This document shows positions 12,728-23,790 of a stretch of DNA of 60,000 nt, piece after piece. This DNA comes from Felis catus (lineage: Eukaryota): assembly GCF_018350175.1 (NCBI RefSeq), contig NC_058383.1, positions 19,346,001-19,406,000 on the forward strand. The letters run 5' to 3'. Every line of letters starts with the position of its first letter. Position 1 is the stretch's first letter. The notes under the pieces were generated by a model. It was not told the origin of the DNA, did not search any database, and was given only the letters and a program-made list of their open reading frames with translations. A program made the position numbers and the translations under genes.

Positions 12728-13357
12728 TGTTATGGGCTAAATTGTGTCCCCCACCTCCCCAAATTCAGATGCGAAAGCCCTAACCCCAGTACCTGAGCGT
12801 GTTCCTATATTTGGAGACACGACCTTTAAAGAGGTAATTAAGTTAAAATGAGGCCGTGAGGGTGGGCCCAAATCCAATGTGAACCGTGTCCTTAGAAGAA
12901 GGGGAAATCTGGGGGCTCCTGGGTGGCTCAGTCTGTTAAGCGTCTGTCTCTTGATGTCTGCTCATGACGAGATCTCACGGTTTGTGAGTTTGAGCCCCAC
13001 GTGAGGCTTTGCAACGATGGCACGGAGCCTGCTTAGGATTTTCTCTCCCTCTACCCCACTCATCCTCTCTTTCTCTCTCTCAAAATAAATAAATTTTAAA
13101 AATTAAAAAAAAAGGGGGGGAGGGGTGTAAATCTGCCCGGAAGAGACACCAGAAATGCTCATGCACGCAGGAAAGATGGTGTTGAGACACAGCCAGAGGA
13201 CGGCCATCTGCAAGGCAGGAGAAGAGGCCTCAGGAGCCATCAAACCTGCCCACACCTTGACCTTGGACTTCAGCCTGCAGAACTTGAGAGAAATACATCT
13301 CTGCTGTTTAGGCCACCACCCCGTCTGAGGTGTGGCTACCCTAGCAAATGAATTCAG
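12728..13357 (+). mobile_element. MLT1 (ERVL-MaLR) solo LTR with a Can-SINE (12911-13112) inserted
   Basis: Starts tgttatgggctaaattgtgtcccc; cttggacttcagcctgcagaacttgagagaaatacat; ends gcaaatgaattca. Confidence 0.85.
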
Positions 13358-15853
13358 ATGACACCATCTCTCTGACAATCCCGTCACGGAGACTAAGTGA
13401 GATACGGATACTGGGGGAAGTCCCTGTCATGGGTCCTGGCCCCCGTGTGTGCTCCGAGTGTCCACTTCCTCCCATGTTTTCCCTTCACTGATTTTAGCGC
13501 TGCCTCCTTCGTGGGCTGGCTCTCCGGTCCCAGGCCGCGTGAATGCCATCAATAAACAGCCACGCTGCGGAATGGCTTCCCGAGGCCCCTTCGGGCCCCG
13601 ACTGCAGTGCTGGTCGCCACGGATCAGTCCCTCATAAAATGGTGCATTCCCTGCGTGCACATGCCCTCTGTTAATTAGCACTGGTAATCTGCAATGGTTC
13701 TGTGAGCAGGGAGTTGAGCAAATGAACAGCAACTGTTCCCTACTTACTTTTTTAATTAATAGCCAGCGAGACGTGCCATCGCCCTCAGCGTGTGTTTGGA
13801 CGAGCCTTGACGGCCACGCGACGGGGATGGGGACGGGGAGGGAGGGAGGTCAGCTCCCAGCTCCCAGAGAGAACACAGGGCCCGCTCTTACCAGCAGACC
13901 CCGCAGGCACCGCCTGCTCTGGGCAGAGCCGGGTGGGGCCCTGGCCAAGGCCCTCTGCCGCCCTGGGCCCGAGTCCCAGACGCGAAGGACAGTGATGAAC
14001 CGAAGCCGGCCTCGCTCAAGTGGGGCGGCGGGGGGAGGGTGAGGAGGCTAATGAGCTGCTCCGCCAGGTGAGCGGCGGGAGGCGTGAAGGGAGGTTCACC
14101 TTGGCTGCCGGCAGCAGGGGGAGGTCCAGATGGGAGGCGAGCTGCCTCGCAGAGGGGCCGGCGGATCCCACAGCCCGTGCAATCTAAAACGTGCGACGTC
14201 CTGCAGCGGGGCTTCTAAATGAAGCAGCCGGAGGGTCTACTGACTAAGGACGCGTCACAACCTGCCAGCGTCTCGAGTCGATGGCCCCCCTGCTCCTGAC
14301 TCGCTCGATTTAGGATCCCTCGTGGGGGTCTAAGGTAAATGCGGGTTGGCCGCTCCGGGTCTCTGCACTCCCTGCCCTCCTCTCTCGTGTCTCTTCTCAG
14401 CCATGACGATGGTCCTAGAGGGGGAAGGACCCCTTCTCAGCCCAAGGAGGAGCCCGGCTGCTCCAATGAAATAGCGTGGCCTGTCCCCTGAGCCACCGAG
14501 GGGTGGGGGTGGGGGGGGGTAGCTCTGTGATGGGTACGTGACCCAATCTCAGTTCTGTGCGTGGAAGAAATGCTCTTCGCTCCTGACTGTAGGGCCCGAG
14601 GCGATGAGGGCAAGGGGCGGTAACCACTCTAGCTTTTGAGGGGTCCCAGGGAGACAGCAGAGCCGGGCCTGGGTGCTGAGGTGGGGACGGAGCTCGAGGA
14701 AGCGGCTGGCATTGTGGAGACACAGCACGAGCTGCTGGGTTGAGCCCCAACTGGTCCCCACTGTGGCGTTTGTTACAACAGTCTTTCATTTCCTTCGCTT
14801 CGTTGTAGAAGTCCGTTTGCCCTGGGTTTTCTGTTTCCTATAAAAAGACTTGATCAACCCAGGCTCTTTTTAACGTGGCTGACGCTTTATCACACTTAGG
14901 ATCTTCATGGCTGAGAAAGCCACTGTTCCGTGTGGGCGGCAGGGGTGGGGGTGGGGGGCAAAGCTTTGACTCCTCTAGATTTCTCTAGACGTCAGACTTT
15001 CAACTGGTATTTGCCGGATCCTCCTCGCCTTGTGCCAGGCACTGAGGTGCCCACCCTCACAGAGCGTTTTGTCCTCACAGCAGCCCATGGCTGTGGACTA
15101 TTTACCCCGTGTGACGGCGACACCCCACGCAGGATCGGAGAGCTTAAGAGGCTGGCCTCAGGTCCCATGCCGTCTAGATCATGGTGCCAGACTCAGAGCC
15201 AGACTCCGGTTTAGGCCCGGGCAGGGGGCGGAGGGGGGGTTTCTGCAGTCACAGGAGTTTGACATGTGGCTCTCAGAGGGCTTTGAGTTAAGTCCTCATC
15301 GGCCAAGCGGAGGGTGGGTGACCGCTGTGCTGAAGAATCACAAGAGAGGCTGGACTCAACGAGGACAAACATCGCCCTTTGCAGTTAACCGATTATATCC
15401 TTAGCGTTTTCATTCTGCGTAACCTCCATAACGGTAATTCCCCTCCTTTGATACTACTGCTCTGTGCCGAGATATCATACCTTCCCGATTAACTCCGTTA
15501 TCATGAGACGTTTGTGTTATTTCTGGTTCTTTTTTTTTTTTTTTCCCTCATTCTTCCCTACTTCCAATCATTCTGCAACAGACATCTTCGCGCCTATAGC
15601 TTTTTCTCGCTGTGGAGTGATTTCCTGAGGGGGTGGGGAAGCGGGATCGCTGGGCTGGGAGGACATTAAGTATTTCTGCGGCTCTTCTTAAACCCGGTCT
15701 TTGGGCTTTTCAAGAGAGTTCCTTCCACCCGTTTCTATTGCTGCCAGCTGGGTAAGCCTGCTGTAACCCTGCAAGTCCAGAGCCTATCATCGAAAATAAT
15801 CTGCAAACTCAGATATCAGATAGGACATTAAGGTTGCTCGAATCTGCATTTCT

Positions 15854-16074
15854 TTTTAAATTTTTTATGTTTATTTTATTTTGAGAGAGAGAGAGAGAGA
15901 GCGCGTGCGCCAGTAGGAGAGGGGCATAAAGAGAGGGAGACACAGAATCCGAAGCAGGCTCCAGGCTCTGACCTGTCAGCACAGAGCCCGATGCAGGCCT
16001 CGAACTCATGAACCGTGAGATCATGACCTGAGCTGAAATCAGATGCTTAACCCACTGAGCCACCCAGGCGCCCC
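15854..16074 (-). mobile_element. Can-SINE
   Basis: Perfect 14-bp TSD gaatctgcatttct (15840-15853, 16076-16089). Confidence 0.93.
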
Positions 16075-16392
16075 TGAATCTGCATTTCTGGATTACCAGC
16101 GATGTTGGACATTTTCCTGTGGGTTTACATGCTATTTTATATTTTGCCTTTTGTGTGGACAGGCTCCTCTCTGCTGCAGCATTTAGTGCCATCACATGTA
16201 CATCTGGGTGCTGGGCAGGAGGAGGATGGAGACTCGGGCAGAGAGAGGTGAAGTTTACCACTGTGGCAGCCATCCCCCCCCCCCCCCTGCCCGCCCTGCA
16301 GAGAGATAATTGCCCCGAGGGGCCCTTCCTCCCTGACCTTTCGCGCGAGATGCTGGATGCATCTGGAAACCCCCAGAAGCCGAGCATCTCAC

Positions 16393-16495
16393 CTCTGGAT
16401 CCGGCACTGGCTCCTCTGTCGGTGAAACAGCCCTGCTGAGGCGGACAGAGTCGCTTTCGATGGCCTGGAGGACTTTCAGAAGCCTTTGCTGTTGT
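16393..16495 (-). CDS. KATNIP: KATNIP coding exon, 103 nt, phase 2 to 0 (RQQQRLLKVLQAIESDSVRLSRAVSPTEEPVPDPE)
   Basis: Acceptor cacatttcag|AC and donor GAG|gtgaga; matches KIAA0556 QQQKLLKVLQAVESDS. Confidence 0.92.
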
Positions 16496-17860
16496 CTGAA
16501 ATGTGATTTGGTTTCAGCAAACGGGTGGTAACAGATGGTATGCAACAGAAAGCGTGCCCGTCAGGGCCCCGCACTGGCTTTTCTATTTCAGAAGAAGCGG
16601 CGGTTTGAGGAGAGAGTACCCGCCCCGCACGCGGTTCAAAGGCGCACACAGGCTGTTTCCCCCCTTTATCATAACCACACAATTCGTGATCAAAGAAGAG
16701 GAAATTGGGGCAAGGCAGCCCGCAGACTCCCTCGGCTGGGCAGGGGCTGGAGCAGCGGGGTGGCAAAGGACAGCAGGCGGGCGGAATCCGGTCCGCAGCC
16801 TGAGAGCTCAGCATGGTTTTTACCTTTTGAAGGGTTGTTAAGACAAACAAACAAACAAAAAGTGAAAAGCCCTACTCACTGGGGCATTCGCTGTGTGGCC
16901 CTTTGCTAAACACACGTTTGCTACTCCCGGCCTAGAGACTCACTTTGTACCTCTTGCTTCTGAGGATGCGGGCGTTCCCAGCTCAGCAGAGTGTGGTTTG
17001 CAAATGCACCCCACGCGTGTGCGGTTTAAGGCTGCGGAGCCGCAAGACCCCGGAGCACCAAGGATCTTGAGGGTGGAAAATGCGGCCCCCGGTGGGGGGG
17101 GTGTGTGCTGCCTATAAACAGGACCGCATCGGGTGTGAGGTCGCCTCTGGCACCAGCCCGTGGGCGCAAGGGGAACCAGCGAGGGCTTACTTATGGCCAC
17201 AGTGATGCCCGGCCATGGTTTCCAGGCTCTGGGGTCTGTAGACTCCTAGAGGGATGGCTGGAATGGCCTGTTCAGAGTTTTTCTGCAAATCGGGGGAAGG
17301 AAACTCCTCTGCGGTGGACACAGACCCGGAGGGTGCACAGCTCGGCCCGGAAATTCCTCTTTCGTGCAGTAGAGAAAAAGCCCTCGTCCCTCTCCGGGCT
17401 GCTGCGGTCCCCGGCGGGGGCCCCAGCTTAGTGCCCAGCACGCCAGCTGGATTTCAGCCCCCCTTGCCCCTCAGACAGGCACGGGCCTTCTGCATAGACC
17501 ACGGCGCGTGCAGCCCCACACGCCGGCCGGGGCAGCGGGGCTGTGGGCCACGCTCACCCTCCACCCCCCAGGCCAGCACCCTCTGCTGCGTGGCGTACTT
17601 CTGGGGAGGCCTCTGAGGAGGATGAAGTCTTACACCGGGCTGGACCGAATCCAACAGGCGCAGACACGTTTGCCGGGAACACATCGAGTCCGTTCCGGGC
17701 TTTCGGGCTGGAGGGGGAGGGAGGCTAGAGTGCCAGGGGGCAGTTTTACGGGGTCTGAAAGAACACAGGAGGAGCAAAGCAAAACCTCGGCTAACGAGAT
17801 CCTCATGGCTGCACTGCTGTGGGGCTCTCGGCTGTGTTTGGAAGCAGGCTCGGTACCTAC

Positions 17861-17976
17861 CTGCTCCCCAGCAGGCCGATTCTGTCAATGGCTTCACGGA
17901 CGACTGTGGTTCCCCCCGTGGCCCTGCACGGCTCCTGCGGGCTGGTCCTGCCAGTCGCCTCAGGGGTAGGAAGTGG
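17861..17976 (-). CDS. KATNIP: KATNIP coding exon, 116 nt, phase 0 to 2 (PLPTPEATGRTSPQEPCRATGGTTVVREAIDRIGLLGSR)
   Basis: Acceptor ttctccgtcctcag|CCA and donor CAG|gtaggt; DRIGLLGSR motif; supplies the phase needed by the next exon. Confidence 0.88.
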
Positions 17977-19391
17977 CTGAGGACGGAGAAGCTTATTAGA
18001 CAGGAGGAGGGAACAGGAATGAGCATAACAGCCTTTTCCCTGGGCTGATTAGATCCAGGATCCCTCCCCGCCCCACCTCCACCCGGGGCCATGATCTTTG
18101 CAAAGAGACAGACACGTCAGTTTCTTCTGATCCGGGAGGTCCCAGGAAGCAATCTCTTCAATCAGCTAAGGCAAACATTTTCTCTCCTCAAAGTCTTTCC
18201 CCATCTCAACCATACCCCTGCTCTGTTTGCTACAAAGTAACCAGACTCCATGGAGCATTCCAGTAACATCCTTAGTGCCCTTTCGTTTTTAATCCTCCTT
18301 CTCTTACATTTGTCATCTAAACTAGACACGTGCTCTGCTCTCTATCCGCAAGTGAGTCTAGTCGCCGGCAGCTCGGTGGGTTGGGGGTGGGGGGTGGTCA
18401 GGACATCCAGAAATCCCTGGCCGTGCGGCGGGCAGGGCCGCAGACTGGTCAGATATGTCAGCTGGCAATGGCTCAGGATGACCGGGAAATAAGAGACCAA
18501 GCAGGAGGGACGCATAAAGCAAACCACTATGGTGCTCTGGCGTCCTGCCCTGCCTACCGCCCTCTCCCGTGGGCGCTCTCTCTTCCCCTCCTGGCCTCAA
18601 TCTCTACCCCCTACCCTCTTGTGTCCCCTTTGTGTTCCCTCTTCCCCCCACCAGTCAGGCTTCTGTCTTCCCGCTCCTGGGTCAGGCTGGGCTCATTCCC
18701 ACTTCAGAGGGTCTCCCGTTGCTTCCACCTGGACTGCTGTCCCCTGTTGTCGGCTCATTCCCTAAGAGACGGGGCTCAGCTCAAACGGCACCTTCCCAGG
18801 GGCTCCCTTGGACCACACTTTCGGAGGCAGCAACCATCTATGATCTTTTACTGTCATCTCTCTCTGAAAGCACCTTGTTTATTTATGGCTTTACTTGATT
18901 GTTTTCTGGAAGTTCCACGAGGCCAGGGGCTAATCTGACCTGATATAGCCACTCTGTATTCTAAGCACAGGGCACAGACCTGTGCACAATCTAACAAAGA
19001 CGTTTCTGGGTGTCCCATTAATAATTCATGGGTCCCCCTTGTGTCTATCTGCAGGGGCTGTCTTGGCTGAGATAGGTCTGAGTGACCTAGTAGATACAGA
19101 CGTTATTTATTTATTCAGGATACTAAGATCTGTTTTTGTGTTGTCTTGTCGGGAAACCAAAACGTAACAAGGAGCTGGAGTCCCCAGGCCTGGGTGAATC
19201 CCGGCTTCCACTCGTAACCTCGGGCAAGCTGTGCCAGCCCGGGTCTCCCCATCTATGAAATGGGCAGGACAGCTGCCCAGGGAACACAGTGAGTGTCTGC
19301 TGGGACCACGTGGGGAAAGCCCTGTGGAGGCCACCGGGTGCCGTGGGGCACAGTGGGCACCGGGGTTCGCTGTGCTCAGGCCTTCACCAAC

Positions 19392-19457
19392 CTCAGCGCT
19401 CTCTTCCTTCCCCTTCAGTAGACTGGTCCACGATTTTGCTGGTGGTCCCTCCGTGTC
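19392..19457 (-). CDS. KATNIP: KATNIP coding exon, 66 nt, phase 0 to 0 (DTEGPPAKSWTSLLKGKEESAE)
   Basis: Acceptor cctcattccag|GAC and donor GAG|gttggt; resembles recalled human DAEGPPAKPWTSLLEEKEE. Confidence 0.88.
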
Positions 19458-19586
19458 CTGGAATGAGGTAATCACACGATCTGAGGTCACAACAAAGCCA
19501 GGCGCTGTTGACTCCTCACTAATAGATGAGGGCACAGAGGCACGGGGGCTGTCTCGAGATCCCGGAGACACAAATGTCAGGGGCAT

Positions 19587-19790
19587 GGGGGCCCGGGGTG
19601 GCTCAGTCCGTTGAAAGCCCGACTCTTGATTTCGGCTCAGGTCATGATCTCGCGGTCATGAGATCGAGCCCCGCGTCGGGCTCTGTGCTGACGGTGCAGA
19701 GCCTGCTTGGGATTCTCTCTCTCCCTCTCTGCCCCTGCTCTGCTCGTGCTCTGTCTCACACACAAAGTAAATAAATGAACTTTAAAAAAA
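19587..19790 (+). mobile_element. Can-SINE, antisense to KATNIP, about 130 bp upstream of the 66-nt exon
   Basis: Head, CT tract and A tail; tgtcag(g/a)ggca on both sides. Confidence 0.9.
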
Positions 19791-20699
19791 GTTGTCAGAG
19801 GCAAAGGAGTGAGCTTGAGGAAGACAGACAATAGGGTGCTGCTCGATGAACGCCCCAGAGGGCAGCCCCTAACAGAGCCTGGGGAGAAACTGGTGGTGTG
19901 GACGGGGCCCCAGGCCTGTGGGCAGGCACACCTCTGCGCCTTCCAAAGACGTGACCTGAGTGAGCCACCTTGCTCTCTGGGTGCCATCAGTCACATCTAG
20001 GAAATGGGGCGATGAGACCAGGCCTGCCTGTTTCTGGCCTACCGGGGGCAACGAGTAGGACAAACTACGATAAAGGGCTTCGGCCGGTGAGGCGGTTTCT
20101 CGGCTTCTGAGAAAGGATGTGTGCACGGGGGCGTGTCCACAGCCTCCAGCTCCCGAAGGGTCCCTACTCCGCCCCACCATGTAGCTTCCTGCTTCTTGCT
20201 CAAAGCTGAAGGCAGTGGGCACCAACCCAAACCCCTGCAGGGCCATGGAGGTCTCCTGAACAGGTGCAGTGGGTCAGGGGCAGGACAACAGGAGGTGCTG
20301 AGGGCGGCGGAGGCCCGAGGGGCTCACGCTCTGGGGAATGAGGTCTTTCCGGAGAAGCCGGGGCTCTTGTCTACTCTATTCTTTCCCTCAGCCACCAGTT
20401 TGCAACCCTGGGCTGAGGCTTCCAGGGCTCGCCGGGAGGTCGGCAAGGATCAGAGGCAAACAGGCATTCACCTTTGGCCTTCGGAAATAAACAAAGAATG
20501 GAAGGAAGGTGACGAAATGGGCACTTGGGTAGGTCAGTGAGCGACTGCGCATCCAGCAGCGGACGAGCAGCTAGTCTGAGGTCAGGGACGCCCACAACGT
20601 CTCTCTCCTCACCGCGTGCTCTTTGCAAACGCTGCTCAGACACCACCGGGTCCCTGAGTAGCCTCCTGTGTGGTCCTTCCCCTGCGCCCCAGAACGCAC

Positions 20700-20872
20700 C
20701 TGCAGCGGGCTGCTGGGGGCCTCCCCCTTTCTGCTGAGGAGCGCCCTCTGCAGGGCTTCGTTCTCCACCTGGATGGCCCTGAGCACAGCCGAAGCATCTT
20801 CCTCTCGGTCCTCAGCCTCGCGCACGGGTTTCCGGGTTGCTGATAGGGGTCTCTCTCGTCGGCTCCCGGGTC
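20700..20872 (-). CDS. KATNIP: KATNIP coding exon, 173 nt, phase 1 to 0 (RPGSRRERPLSATRKPVREAEDREEDASAVLRAIQVENEALQRALLSRKGEAPSSPLQ)
   Basis: Acceptor ttttctgcctgcag|GA and donor CAG|gtgcgt; peptide matches KIAA0556. Confidence 0.93.
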
Positions 20873-20939
20873 CTGCAGGCAGAAAACAGGGGGTGCTCCT
20901 TTATATATATATATTATGTTACTGCATTCTCGGAGTGCA

Positions 20940-21680
20940 GCTCAAAAATCTATTAGACCCAAATTGAGAAGCACTCTATAAAACAACTGGCCTGTACTCT
21001 CCAAGAATGTCAAGGTCACGAAAGACAAAGAAAGCCTGGAGAGCTGTTCCAAATGAAAGGAGACGGGGCAGACATGGCAACAGAAGGCAGTGGCGATCCT
21101 GGCACTGGATCCCGGGTGGGAAAACACTGTCATAAAGGACATTATGGCAGCAAGGGGAGAAATCCCAGTACAGTTTGCGGTTTAGATAACGGTATTATAT
21201 TAATGCTAAATATTCAGAATTCCCTAAGTGTAACTGTGGTAATGTAAAATGAATGAATGCCCCTAGTCTTAGGAGCTACACGGTGCGGTGTTCAGGGGTA
21301 AAAGGGGCAATCTCAGATGGTTAAAAAGCACACACACACACACACACACACACACATGCACAGAGAGTACAAATATAAATCAACTAGGACAAGGGGTGCC
21401 TGGCTGGCTCGGTAGGAACCAACCTTAGTGCAACTAAGTGCAACCTAGTGCAACTCTTGAGTCACTAGTCGTGAATCCAAGCCCCACGACGGGCCTAGAG
21501 CTTACTAAGAGAAAAAAAAAAAAAATCAAATCAACCGATCAATCAGTCAATTAACTGGGACAAAATGTTAACAACCAGTGAGTCGGGTTGGAGGATATAT
21601 GGAGTGTCGTTTGTACATCCTTGCAACTTGAAGAGTGAAATCGCACCTAAGTAAAAGTTGTAAAAAAAAAAAAAAAAAAA
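20940..21680 (+). mobile_element. Old L1 3' UTR fragment (L1MC-like) containing (CA)n and a short tRNA-derived SINE (21393-21525)
   Basis: aaaacaactggcctgtactctccaagaatgtcaaggtcacgaaagacaaagaaag...; SINE lacks a CT tract. Confidence 0.72.
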
Positions 21681-22274
21681 AATTAACCCTCGCACGAAGT
21701 ACCTATAAGCGAGAACATATGCTATCATGGAGACAGACGGGCATTTTGGAGTGTTTTGCTTTATTCTGTCTTGTTTTTCCACGGGTAACAAGAATTGCAA
21801 AGAACGTACATCTTAGTTGGAGAAAAAAGTATTGCGAAGCTGGGGTCGATTCCAGAAGTTCCAAGGAAAGGACAATCAGCTTCACACAGTGTAAAGCGAC
21901 ACATGCTAACAGCACCCCGTGAGACCGGCCGGATGAAATAAATTCCGGGATACCCACCTAACAAGTACTTTGGAGCATAAAAAGACACACGTACTCAACT
22001 ATCTGTAGTTGGAATGAGATGATGGCCTGAACTTGCTTCCTAATCATCTGGGCAGTGGCTGGGGATGTAGACGAAATGACACTGGCCACCAATTCATGAT
22101 TGCCAAGGTCAGGTAATGGACACAACCGAGTCCCCATGACATCCTCCCAGTCACTTACGTGTGGACTCTTTCAATATTAAACAAACAAACAAACAAACAA
22201 ACAAAAATCTCCATTTAAAAACAGAACTCAAGATGTTTCTATTGGAATGCTTAAAGATGCTTCTACCTATTGAA

Positions 22275-22780
22275 TTTCATCCCCTTGGCAAATATTTATT
22301 GAGTGCCGCTGTGTCAGGCTCTGTCCTTGGCACTGGGGACACAGCAGTGACCAGACAGATCAAGAACCTCGCCCTTGTATAGTGAGACAACAAGCCGGGG
22401 AATAAAAAACAAAACAGAGTGTTAGACGTCAGAAAATGCTGTGGAAAAACAGGCAAAGCAGAACAGAGTGGGGCTGGAGGGTGGTGCTGTGCTCCAGGCA
22501 CCAGTGAGGCGAGACCTGTGTGTGCTTTGTTACTGGAGCACCAAGGTGCAGCCGGGGAAACGGGTTCGGGAGGCCTAAGTGGGGGTGGGTGGGGCCAGGT
22601 CACTCAGGGCCTTGCTCCGAGTGAAATGGGGAGCCACTGCAGGTTCTAGGGCAAGGGAGTGCTTGACCTGACTTAGGCGCTGAGCGGGGGACAGACTGAA
22701 TGAAGGGAGGTGGAGGTGACAGCAGGGAGACCAGGCAGGGGCGGAGGCGGGACACAGGCTGCTCAGATCCCGCGGACATA
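22275..22780 (-). mobile_element. L2 fragment
   Basis: caaatatttattgagtgcc...gtgtcaggctctgtccttggcactggggacacagcagtg. Confidence 0.7.
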
Positions 22781-23299
22781 GTAAAGACAGGACCCAGGGA
22801 TGTGGCTGGGGGAGAGAAACAGTTGAGCTGGGAAGGCTGTGGGTGGAGCAGGTTTGGGAGCAGAGAGCAGGGGCTCAGTTCGGACAGATCGGGTCCAAGA
22901 TGTGATTCTGGCATCGGAGCGGAGCCGTCGGGTTGCGCGAATGCACCGTGCTGGAGACAGATGTGAATTCAACAGCAGCGACTGGACTGCATCATTAAGT
23001 GATGTCAAAGATAACCGAGTGGGAATTCACAGGTACGACCGACCTCTTGGGATGCATAAAATAGCATCCATCCATCTTTACGACCTTGGTAAGCCATCCG
23101 GGTGGAGCACTGGGGGTTCCTCTTGGAGCGCGTGACCCTTCTGCTATGTTGTGTTACAGAACGTGGGGTCTGAAGGAGAGTTCTGGAAGCGACATCCAGA
23201 ATGGCACCGGGAGGAGAGGCACGGAAACCCAGCAGCTCCGCTGGGCTGGCTTCCAGGACGGCCGGGCACTGGGTGGATGGGAGGCCGTGGGTTTTTATG

Positions 23300-23790
23300 G
23301 AAAAGCTAAACTAACATGAACAGTATCAGTTTCCACCAGGCACCCAGGGAGTGGCTGTGAATTTGAATGCCCTGGGCCGGGGGCCACAGCCCAGCTCCAG
23401 CCAGCACCTGCCATATAGGGCTACACTCCTTTTTTTAAATTTTTTAATGTTTGCTTATTTTTTAGAGAGAGAGAGAGAGAGAGACAGAGAGTGAGCGGGG
23501 GAGGGTCAGAGAGGGAGACACCGAATCCAAAACAGGCTCCTGGCTCTGAGCTGTCAGCACAGAGCCCGACGCGGGGCTCAAACCCACAGACCGTGAGATC
23601 ATGACCTGAGCTGAGGTTGGACACTTGACCGACTGAGCCACCCAGGCGTCCTCATGTAGGTCTACACGCTTAGCATCGCCTTTTTTTCCCCCCAAGAAAA
23701 GCTAGAATCAGAAATCTATGTGAAATCCCCTGAATTTTACCTGTTCATGACATAGCCTGGTTTTTAAGAAACCTTATGAAGGCCAACAGA
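23300..23790 (-). mobile_element. hAT-Charlie (MER102-like) fossil containing a minus-strand Can-SINE (23430-23652)
   Basis: Similar in reverse to the copies at about 1190-1730, 25970-26600 and 51640-51960; SINE clear. Confidence 0.6.

Noticed and set aside
14836..17120. TATA-like words cctataaaaag (about 14838) and cctataaaca (about 17111)
   Set aside because: Isolated short motifs with no supporting transcript structure
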